A program made the position numbers and the translations under genes. A DNA stretch of 34,520 bases from Betaproteobacteria bacterium (GTDB lineage: Bacteria; Pseudomonadota; Gammaproteobacteria; Burkholderiales; Rhodocyclaceae), in contig JANMTA010000521.1 in the NCBI GenBank assembly GCA_031389965.1, positions 1 through 34,520 on the forward strand, in the 5' to 3' direction. The notes below the pieces were generated by a model. It was not told where the DNA came from and did no database searches. It worked only from the letters and a program-made list of their open reading frames with translations. Positions 1-7,644 of this stretch are shown here, piece by piece (the stretch's first letter is position 1; each line of letters starts with the position of its first letter).

Positions 1-59
1 TTCTGGCCGCAGGCGGTGAGAATTGCGAGAGCCAGCCAGGGGAGGAGTGCGATTCGCAT
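1..59 (-). CDS. N-terminus of a predicted lipoprotein (runs off the window edge)
   Basis: ATG at 59 (minus) overlaps the lysA stop (TGATG). Reads MRIALLPWLALAILTACGQ: basic residue, hydrophobic stretch, lipobox LTAC. Confidence 0.65.
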   Translation of the reverse strand, partial: MRIALLPWLALAILTACGQ

Positions 60-1330
60 CAGGGCAGAACCGATTCCAGGGCAAACAGTTCCGTGATCTC
101 CTCGCGACGACGGATCAGATGCATGGCATCGCCGTCGACCATGACTTCGGCGGCGCGCGGCCGGCTGTTGTAGTTGGAGGCCATGGCCATGCCGTAGGCG
201 CCGGCCGAGAGGATGGCCAGCAGGTCGCCTTCATTCAGCGCCAGTTCGCGGTCGTGGCCGAGGAAGTCGCCGGATTCACAGACCGGGCCGACGATTTCGT
301 AGCTCATCGTTTTCGCCGTGTTGTCAGCGTCGACTTTCGCCACCGGCACGATGTCGTGCCAGGCGTCATACAGCGTCGGACGCATCAGATCGTTCATCGC
401 CGCGTCCACCACCGCGAAGTGCTTTTCCTCGCCCGGCTTCAGCACTTCGACACGGGTCAGCAGGAGGCCGGCATTGCCCACCAGCGAGCGGCCCGGCTCG
501 AACACGAGTTTCTCGCGCCGTCCCGCCAGTTTCGCCAGCATGGGCGCCAGGTAGTCGGCGGCCGATGGAGCCGGTTCCCCGGTGCGGTACTGGATGCCCA
601 TGCCGCCGCCGAGATCGATGTGTTCCAGCGCGATGCCCGCCGCTGCGAGGCGATCGACCAGCGCCAGTACCTTGTCCGCTGCTTCGGCCGCCGGTGCCGG
701 GTCGAGCAGTTGCGAGCCGATGTGGCAGTCGATGCCCTTCACCGCGATATGCGGCAGGGAGGCGGCGCGGACGTAGAGGTCGAAGGCCTCGCCAAAGGCC
801 ACGCCGAACTTGGCGGTCTTGAGGCCGGTGGAAATGTAGGGGTGGGTTTTTGCGTCGACGTCGGGATTCACGCGCAAGGAAACCGGCGCGCGGCGACCGA
901 CGCTGCCCGCTACTTCGCTGAGCTGGTCGAGTTCGCTGGCCGATTCGACATTGAAGCAGTGGATGCCGGCTTCCAGCGCAGTGCGCATTTCCGCACGCGA
1001 CTTGCCGACGCCGGAAAACACGATCTTCTCTGCCTTGCCGCCGGCGGCCAGCACGCGGGCCAGTTCGCCGCCGGAGACGATGTCGAAGCCGGCGCCGAGC
1101 CGGGCGAACAGACTGAGAATGGCGAGATTGGAATTGGCCTTGACCGCGTAGCAGACCAGCGACCGGTCCAGCAGGCCGTGGGCCTGCAGCGTGTCGCGGT
1201 AGGCGGCATAGGCTGCGGTCAGCGCCGCACGCGAGTAGACGTAGCAGGGCGTGCCGAAACGCGCCGCGACTTCGCTCAAGGCGGCGGACTCGACCTGCAG
1301 CCCGTCTTTGCCCATTGCGATCAGGCCCAT
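59..1330 (-). CDS. lysA: diaminopimelate decarboxylase
   Basis: Motifs GTPCYVYS, YAVKANSN (PLP lysine), HIGSQ, EPGRS, GPVCESGD, GAYG..MASNYNSRPR. Start placed at ATG 1330, overlapping the upstream lipoprotein stop; the longer ORF extension overlaps lptM. Confidence 0.96.
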   Translation of the reverse strand: MGLIAMGKDGLQVESAALSEVAARFGTPCYVYSRAALTAAYAAYRDTLQAHGLLDRSLVCYAVKANSNLAILSLFARLGAGFDIVSGGELARVLAAGGKAEKIVFSGVGKSRAEMRTALEAGIHCFNVESASELDQLSEVAGSVGRRAPVSLRVNPDVDAKTHPYISTGLKTAKFGVAFGEAFDLYVRAASLPHIAVKGIDCHIGSQLLDPAPAAEAADKVLALVDRLAAAGIALEHIDLGGGMGIQYRTGEPAPSAADYLAPMLAKLAGRREKLVFEPGRSLVGNAGLLLTRVEVLKPGEEKHFAVVDAAMNDLMRPTLYDAWHDIVPVAKVDADNTAKTMSYEIVGPVCESGDFLGHDRELALNEGDLLAILSAGAYGMAMASNYNSRPRAAEVMVDGDAMHLIRRREEITELFALESVLP

Positions 1331-1524
1331 CAGTAGGACCCGGAGCCTTTGTCGATAGTGGCGGGTACGGGAGTCGGCGCCGGCGCGGCGGCGCCGGAAG
1401 CCGGGGGTTTCTCCGGGGGCGGCAGTTTGAGCGCGGTCTTGGTGCCGCAGCCGGCGAGGGCGGCAACGGCGGCTGCGAGGGTGAGCAGGGCGGCGAGGCG
1501 GGGCAGGGGGCGCATGGCGTTCAT
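1330..1524 (-). CDS. lptM: small lipoprotein, LptM/YifL family
   Basis: MNAMRPLPRLAALLTLAAAVAALAGCGTKTALKLPP: lipobox LAGC followed by CG-x-K-x-x-L-x-LP and a Pro/Ala tail; classic position between cyaY and lysA. Alternative start at 1515. Confidence 0.8.
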   Translation of the reverse strand: MNAMRPLPRLAALLTLAAAVAALAGCGTKTALKLPPPEKPPASGAAAPAPTPVPATIDKGSGSY

Positions 1525-1816
1525 GGGACATGGAGTTGAGTACTGGAGGCATAAGTATATGCGGCGCGCAGCGCCAGCGACATTCTGTATCCTGTCACCT
1601 GCTTTAACGTAATGGAATGGGCGAGACGGGGTTTCGCAACGCATGCGTTGCGCCGCCGCAGCCGGCAGGCAGTGCAATGCCTGCCGTGGGCCGCGCAGCG
1701 GATGGGAGGGGCAGGCCTTTATGCCGCTTTTAGTTGCGGCCGCTGCGCTTAACGTCGACGGGGCCGACGCTAGCCTGCACTGAAACTTTGTTTTAGTCCC
1801 CTGAAGGTAAAACGCA

Positions 1817-2143
1817 ATGGATGAGCGGGAATTCATGGTAGCGGCCGACGCCGAACTGGCACGCATCGAGGCGGCGCTCGAAGTGGCGAGCGAAAGTGGC
1901 GTGGCCGATTTCGATTTTGAAACCAAGCCCGGCGGCGTGATCGAGATCGAGTTCGAGAACGGTTCGAAGATCATTGTCAACCGCCACGGTGCCGCACGCG
2001 AAATCTGGGTGGCGGCCAAGTCGGGGGGGTATCACTTCCGGCCCGAAAGCGGACGCTGGCTGGGCACGCGCGATGGCGAGGAACTGCTGGCGGCGCTGGC
2101 CCGTACCGTCTCGGAACAGGCAGGGGTCAAGGTCGAACTCTAG
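1817..2143 (+). CDS. cyaY: iron donor protein CyaY (frataxin homologue)
   Basis: 108 aa with GGVIEIEFENGSKIIVNRH..REIWVAAKSGGYHF; divergent from lptM-lysA. Confidence 0.95.
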   Translation: MDEREFMVAADAELARIEAALEVASESGVADFDFETKPGGVIEIEFENGSKIIVNRHGAAREIWVAAKSGGYHFRPESGRWLGTRDGEELLAALARTVSEQAGVKVEL

Positions 2144-4533
2144 GGCTTCTTCTCTGCCGGCTTATCCGCAGCCGGCTTTTCGCCAACGGGCCTTTCCACC
2201 AGCCTGGGCTTGGCATCGTGCACCGGGGCCGGCTCCTGCTTCTCTTCGTCCTTGATTTCGTCCGGGGGCGGGGGCGGCAGGTGCTCCCTGTAGATCAGTT
2301 CCTTGCTGGTCTTGCCCGACGGATCATGGGCGACGATCGATACCATCCCTGCCGGGGTTTCCTGCCAGCTTTCAGGAACGCCCTTCAAGGCGTGCTCCAT
2401 GAAGCCGATCCAGATAGGCAGCGCGGCCGCCCCGCCGGTTTCGCCGTTGCCCATGCGTTTGGGCTGATCGAAACCGATCCAGGCGATGCCGACCACGGTC
2501 GGCTGGTAGCCGCAGAACCATGCGTCGATGTAGTCATTGGTGGTACCGGTCTTGCCCGCCAGGTCGCTGCGCTTGAGCACGGTAGCGGCACGCGTCGCCG
2601 TTCCGCGCCGCACCACGTCGTGCATCATGCTGTCCATCAGCCATGCGTTGCGCGCGTCGATCGCGCGCAGCGACTCGTCGCCGGCCAGCGCGGGTTGAAT
2701 GGCGGCGAGTACGGTGCCCTTGTCATCGATGATCTGGCGCACGATGTAGGGCTCAATGCGGTAGCCACCATTGGCGAATATGGAATATGCAGCGAGTTGC
2801 TGCCACGGCGTCACCGCACCGGCGCCGAGCGCCAGAGTCAGATAAGGCGGATTCTTGTCGGCATCGAAGCCGAACCGGGTTATATAGTCCTGTGCGTAAT
2901 GGGTGCCGATGGAGCGCAGCAGGCGGATCGACACCATGTTCTTGGATTTGGCCAGCGCGGTGCGCAGGCTCATCGGGCCTTCGTATTTGCCGTCATAGTT
3001 CTTTGGCTCCCAGGCCTGGGAGCCGGTTTCTTCGGCCGAGATCGAAACAGGTTCGTCGGGAATCACCGATGCAGGGGTGTAACCCTTTTCCAGGCCGGCG
3101 GAGTAGATGAAGGGCTTGAAGCTGGAACCGGGCTGACGCCATGCCTGGGTGACGTGATTGAACTTGCTGCGATGGAAATCGAAACCGCCGACCAGCGCCC
3201 GGATCGCGCCGTCAACCGGGCTAGCGGCGACGAAAGCCGCCTCGACCTCGGGCAACTGGACGATCTGCCAGCCCTTGTCGGTTTTTTGCACGCGAATTAC
3301 CGCGCCCCGTCGCACGCGCTTGTTGGGTGCCGCCTTGTCATCCAGCATTCGTGCGGCAAACTTGAGGCCGTCATCGCTGATCTTGAGCACCTCGCCTCCG
3401 CGCAGATAGGCCCGCACTTGCCTGGGGGTGGCTTCGAGGACGATGGCCGGAAGCAGATCGTCACTGTCGTCGAACTCGGTCAGCAGATCTTCGAGTTCCT
3501 CGTCCTGGTCCGAGCTGATGTCGTTCACGTCGACGTCGACGTAGGCTTCGGCGCCGCGATAGCCGTGGCGGCGGTCGTAATCCATGACACCGCGCCGCAG
3601 CGCAAGGTAGGCGGCCTGCTGTTCGCTGCGGTTGATGGTAGTAATTACACGCAGGCCGCGGTTGTAAGCGTCATCGGGAAAACGCTCGACGGCGATCTGG
3701 CGTGCCATCTCGGCAACATGTTCGGCGTGGACGCCGAAGTCGTTGACGTCACGCTTGATGTGCAGGACTTCGGTTTGCGCGGACTTCCATTGGGTATCGT
3801 CGATGAAGTGCAACTCGTGCATGCGGCGCAGCACATAGCGCTGGCGCAGCTGGGCACGCTTGGGGTTGGCCACCGGGTTGTAGGCTGAAGGCGCTTTCGG
3901 CAATCCGGCGAGCATCGCCGCCTCGGCAATGCTGACATCCTTCAGAGCCTTGCCATAGTAAATCTGCGCGGCGGCGGAGAAGCCGTAAGCCCGCTGTCCG
4001 AGGTAAATCTGGTTGATATAGATCTCGAGGATCTGATCCTTTCCCAGATTGTTCTCTATTTTAAAAGCCAGTAACATCTCGTAAAGTTTGCGCGTCAGGG
4101 TCTTTTCACTGGAAAGGAAAAAGTTGCGTGCCACCTGCATGGTGATGGTCGATGCTCCCTGGCGCTTGCCGCCACCGACGAAATTGGAATACGCTGCGCG
4201 TAATACGCCCAGTGTGTCGATGCCGGGGTGCTGGTAGAAGCGCTCGTCTTCGGCCGCGAGAATCGCTTGTGTCATGACGGCAGGGACGTCCTTGATGAAC
4301 GCAAAGTTGCGCCGCTCCTCGCCGAATTCGCCGATCAGGTGGCCATCGCTGGAGTAGATACGCAGGGGAATTTTTGGTTGATAGTCGGTCAGTACTTCCA
4401 ATGAAGGAAGCTGTGGATAGGCGAGGATCAGCACAATGCCGGCAAGAGCGGCCACGCTTAACACGGCGCCGACGATCAGGAGCAGGAAATACAGTACCCA
4501 GCGGGCGGGGGCGGGTAGGGCGGGAATGGGCAC
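2140..4533 (-). CDS. mrcA: penicillin-binding protein 1A
   Basis: N-terminal TM anchor; transglycosylase motifs EDERFYQH, GASTITMQVARN, RKLYE; transpeptidase motifs SSFK, SKN, KTG; divergent from pilM. Confidence 0.95.
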   Translation of the reverse strand: MPIPALPAPARWVLYFLLLIVGAVLSVAALAGIVLILAYPQLPSLEVLTDYQPKIPLRIYSSDGHLIGEFGEERRNFAFIKDVPAVMTQAILAAEDERFYQHPGIDTLGVLRAAYSNFVGGGKRQGASTITMQVARNFFLSSEKTLTRKLYEMLLAFKIENNLGKDQILEIYINQIYLGQRAYGFSAAAQIYYGKALKDVSIAEAAMLAGLPKAPSAYNPVANPKRAQLRQRYVLRRMHELHFIDDTQWKSAQTEVLHIKRDVNDFGVHAEHVAEMARQIAVERFPDDAYNRGLRVITTINRSEQQAAYLALRRGVMDYDRRHGYRGAEAYVDVDVNDISSDQDEELEDLLTEFDDSDDLLPAIVLEATPRQVRAYLRGGEVLKISDDGLKFAARMLDDKAAPNKRVRRGAVIRVQKTDKGWQIVQLPEVEAAFVAASPVDGAIRALVGGFDFHRSKFNHVTQAWRQPGSSFKPFIYSAGLEKGYTPASVIPDEPVSISAEETGSQAWEPKNYDGKYEGPMSLRTALAKSKNMVSIRLLRSIGTHYAQDYITRFGFDADKNPPYLTLALGAGAVTPWQQLAAYSIFANGGYRIEPYIVRQIIDDKGTVLAAIQPALAGDESLRAIDARNAWLMDSMMHDVVRRGTATRAATVLKRSDLAGKTGTTNDYIDAWFCGYQPTVVGIAWIGFDQPKRMGNGETGGAAALPIWIGFMEHALKGVPESWQETPAGMVSIVAHDPSGKTSKELIYREHLPPPPPDEIKDEEKQEPAPVHDAKPRLVERPVGEKPAADKPAEKKP

Positions 4534-4563
4534 GAATGGACTGGGCGGAAGACGGCGCGGGGA

Positions 4564-4569
4564 ATTATA
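4564..4569 (-). promoter_or_regulatory. -10 box for mrcA
   Basis: Perfect TATAAT on the minus strand about 30 bp upstream of the GTG start; no clear -35. Confidence 0.45.
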
Positions 4570-4618
4570 GCTGTGGTGTCGGAGACACGCTGCTCCAGCC
4601 CGTTCTTAATAATTTTGC

Positions 4619-4647
4619 TTTACAGTCGATATAGTTGCTGCTAGCAT
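4619..4647 (+). promoter_or_regulatory. sigma70-type promoter for pilMNOPQ
   Basis: TTTACA (4619-4624), 17 bp, TAGCAT (4642-4647), with an extended -10 TG, in an AT-rich intergenic region. Confidence 0.55.
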
Positions 4648-4701
4648 CTGAAGTAAATTATCTGTATAGCTCGTAACTTAATATTTTTAAAGGGAAATCC
4701 T

Positions 4702-5793
4702 TTGCAGATCGATGTTTCAAACCTGAAGTCGATCTTTAACCCGAAGCTGCGTCCGCTGATCGGTGTGGATATCAGTTCGACTGCGGTCAAGATGGTCGAG
4801 CTGGTAGATGGCGGCAAGGGACAGCCGCGGGTTGAGCGCTATGCGATCGAGCTCTTGCCAAAAGACGCTGTGGTGGACGGTAATCTGGCATCGATCGAGG
4901 CTGTTTCGGAAACCCTGCAGCGTTGCTGGAAGCGACTTGGCACCTCTACGCGATTTATCGCGATGGCCTTGCCCACGGCTGCGGTGATTACCAAGAAGAT
5001 CACGTTGCCGGCCAGTCTGCGTGACCAGGAGATGGAGGTCCAGGTCGAGTCGGAAGCCAATCAGTACATTCCGTTTGCGCTGGAGGAGGTCAATCTTGAC
5101 TTTCAGGTGATCGGTCCGGCGCCGGGAAGCCCGGATGATGTCGAGGTATTGCTGGCCGCTTCGCGCAAGGAAAAAGTCGAAGACCGCGTAGCCGCTGCCG
5201 AAGTGGCCGAGCTCAAGCCGGTGATAATGGACGTCGAGGCCTACGCAAGCCAGGCTGCGTATGAACTGGTAACCAAGCAGCTTCCCCGCGAGGGAGAGGG
5301 ACAGGTCGTAGCGCTGGTGGACGTCGGCGCATCTGCCATGAAAATCACCATCATGAAGGATGACCAGCAGCTCTACGCGAGAGAGCAGGCATTCGGTGGA
5401 GTCAAGCTTACGGAAGAGATCATGCGCGCCTATGGCATGGGTCCGGATGAAGCCGAGAATCTGAAGCGTTCGGGTACGCCGCCCGACAACTATGAAGCGG
5501 AAATTCTCCATCCCTTCATTGAAGGCATGGCGCAGGAAGTTGCCCGCGCCATGCAGTTCTTTTTTACGTCCACGTCTTACAACGAGGTGCATCACATCAT
5601 TCTTGCCGGTGGCTCGGCGCTCGTTCCCGGTGTTGCTGAACTCGTCGGTCAGCGCACCAATATCAACACCCTGCTGGCCGATCCATTTGCCGGTATGGCG
5701 ATATCGCCGCGCATTCGCGCCAAGCAGCTTGCTGCAGATGCGCCATCGCTGATGGTGGCGTGCGGACTGGCTCTCAGGAAGTTCGATCAATGA
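4702..5793 (+). CDS. pilM: type IV pilus assembly protein PilM
   Basis: Actin-like motifs IGVDISSTAVK, VDVGA, ILAGG; C-terminal ACGLALR; first gene of pilMNOPQ; TTG start. Confidence 0.95.
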   Translation: MQIDVSNLKSIFNPKLRPLIGVDISSTAVKMVELVDGGKGQPRVERYAIELLPKDAVVDGNLASIEAVSETLQRCWKRLGTSTRFIAMALPTAAVITKKITLPASLRDQEMEVQVESEANQYIPFALEEVNLDFQVIGPAPGSPDDVEVLLAASRKEKVEDRVAAAEVAELKPVIMDVEAYASQAAYELVTKQLPREGEGQVVALVDVGASAMKITIMKDDQQLYAREQAFGGVKLTEEIMRAYGMGPDEAENLKRSGTPPDNYEAEILHPFIEGMAQEVARAMQFFFTSTSYNEVHHIILAGGSALVPGVAELVGQRTNINTLLADPFAGMAISPRIRAKQLAADAPSLMVACGLALRKFDQ

Positions 5794-6353
5794 TACGGAT
5801 CAATCTACTTCCTCATCGCGAGGAGAAGCGCAAGGGGCGGCGAAAGCAGTTCTATGTCCTGCTGGGATTGGTGTCGGTGCTTGCTGCATTGATCTGGTTC
5901 CTCGGTTTTTCGTTGATCAATCGTGAAATTACCTTGCAGAACGAGGCGAACGAATTCCTCAAGCGCGAGATTGCCAGCCTGGACAAGGAAATTGACGAAA
6001 TCAAGAAAATCCAGGAACAGACCAACGCGCTGCTGTCGCGCAAGCGGGTCATCGAGGCGCTGCAGGCCAACCGCACGGAAACAGTCCACCTGTTCAACGA
6101 ACTGGCCAAGCAGGTTCCGGAGGGCATCTATTTGCGCACCCTGGTGCAAACCGGACAAAAAATCACCCTTTCCGGCTATGCCCAGTCGAATGCGCGAATA
6201 ACCACGCTGATGAACAATCTCGACGAATCGCCCTTGCTTGAGAATTCGACGCTGATCGAGACCAAAGCCGAGGCGGTTGGCATTCGTCGTCTCAATGCGT
6301 TCAGCATTACCACGCTTATTTCCCGTCAGACTGCTGCGCCAGGGAAGAAATGA
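5790..6353 (+). CDS. pilN: type IV pilus assembly protein PilN
   Basis: Starts MIRINLLPHREE (INLLP signature) at ATG 5790 with an ATGA overlap; TM segment then coiled coil. Confidence 0.95.
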   Translation: MIRINLLPHREEKRKGRRKQFYVLLGLVSVLAALIWFLGFSLINREITLQNEANEFLKREIASLDKEIDEIKKIQEQTNALLSRKRVIEALQANRTETVHLFNELAKQVPEGIYLRTLVQTGQKITLSGYAQSNARITTLMNNLDESPLLENSTLIETKAEAVGIRRLNAFSITTLISRQTAAPGKK

Positions 6354-7126
6354 TGATGCTACCAGCCCTGCCACCCTCGATTGCCGGTTTGTTCAAGCGC
6401 AAGTCCGCCGCCGAAAAGCTGGCGGAAAAGCACGCTGCCAAGCCTGAGCCGACCGCACCCAAGGCGCCGCTGATCGATTTTCAGCAATTGGCCATGGATT
6501 TCAAGACCTTGGATCCCAAGGATCCAGGCCTGTGGCCGCTGGCCCCGCGCATTGTCATTCTGTTCAGTCTGTTTGCCGGTTTGCTGGCAGCCGCATGGGG
6601 ATTTGGTGCCATCGGATGGAGCGTCCAGCTCGAGGACCTGGACGCCAAGAAAGAGCAGGAAGTCAAGCTCAAGGACGATTGGCTGGGCAAGAAGAGGCAG
6701 GCGGTGAATCTCGACGAGTACCGTCGCCAGCTGGCCGAGATTGACCGCTCATTTGGCGCCTTGCTCAAGCAGCTGCCCAACAAGGCCGAGATGGGCGACA
6801 TGCTGGTCGACATCAACAAGGCAGCCCAGAGCAGGGGTTTGGCGGTTGAGTTATTCAAGCCGGGTGGAGAGGGGCCGAGGGAGTTCTATGCCGAGGTGCC
6901 GATTACCCTGAACCTCTCCGGAAGTTACCATGACATCGGGGCATTTACGGGAGATATTGCCAAACTGCCGCGGATTGTTACCTTGAATGATATAAGCGTC
7001 ACCGCGAATCCAAGTAATTCGACTCTGGCGCTGAGAACCACGGTCAAGACCTTCCGCTACCTTGACGAAGCGGAGTTGGCGAACCAGAAGAAGGCCCAGC
7101 AAACCGCCAAGGGAGCCCGGAAATGA
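6350..7126 (+). CDS. pilO: type IV pilus assembly protein PilO
   Basis: DPGLWP, LLKQLPNKAEM, FYAEVPI, GSYHDIGAF, LPRIVTL, TFRY motifs; operon position. Confidence 0.93.
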   Translation: MMMLPALPPSIAGLFKRKSAAEKLAEKHAAKPEPTAPKAPLIDFQQLAMDFKTLDPKDPGLWPLAPRIVILFSLFAGLLAAAWGFGAIGWSVQLEDLDAKKEQEVKLKDDWLGKKRQAVNLDEYRRQLAEIDRSFGALLKQLPNKAEMGDMLVDINKAAQSRGLAVELFKPGGEGPREFYAEVPITLNLSGSYHDIGAFTGDIAKLPRIVTLNDISVTANPSNSTLALRTTVKTFRYLDEAELANQKKAQQTAKGARK

Positions 7127-7644
7127 AGTTTCATGGACTTCTTTTCCTGTTGCCGTTGCTGTTGCTGGGCTGCGCTGCCGAAGAACATCAGGACCTGCGG
7201 CAGTGGATGCGCGAGGAAGCCAAAGGCATGAAAGGCAAAGTGGCTCCTCTGCCGGATATAACCGCGTTCCCGGTTGTCTCCTATGAAACCGAAACTCTCA
7301 CCGCACCGTTTGCTCCGGGCAAGGTCGTGACGCAGGAGGCTGCGGCGGACAAGACAGCGCCGGATCGTACCCGACCGCAGCAACCGCTGGAAATTTTCCC
7401 CATCGAAGATCTCAAGGTGATGGGCGTGATAATGGCGGGAACAGTACCCTATGCCCTGATTCAGACGCCGCCGCCGAACAAGCCGAAACATGTTCGCGTG
7501 GGCGAATACATGGGTCGCAACTTCGGCAAGATTACGGCAATTACCAGAGATGGCATTACGGTCCTTGAGTCCGTCAAGGATACGAACGGTGCATGGGTAG
7601 CGCAGGAGAAACTGCTCATCGTGCCGAAAGAAGGAGGAAGTTGA
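7123..7644 (+). CDS. pilP: type IV pilus lipoprotein PilP
   Basis: Lipobox LLGC; DLRQWM, PLE.FP, VRVGEYMGRNFGKI motifs. Confidence 0.93.
   Translation: MKFHGLLFLLPLLLLGCAAEEHQDLRQWMREEAKGMKGKVAPLPDITAFPVVSYETETLTAPFAPGKVVTQEAAADKTAPDRTRPQQPLEIFPIEDLKVMGVIMAGTVPYALIQTPPPNKPKHVRVGEYMGRNFGKITAITRDGITVLESVKDTNGAWVAQEKLLIVPKEGGS

Noticed and set aside
23-1466. Long alternative ORFs over lysA (23..1336 +, 366..1466 -)
   Set aside because: Shadow frames of a GC-rich gene; Arg/Pro-rich or antisense text with no motifs.
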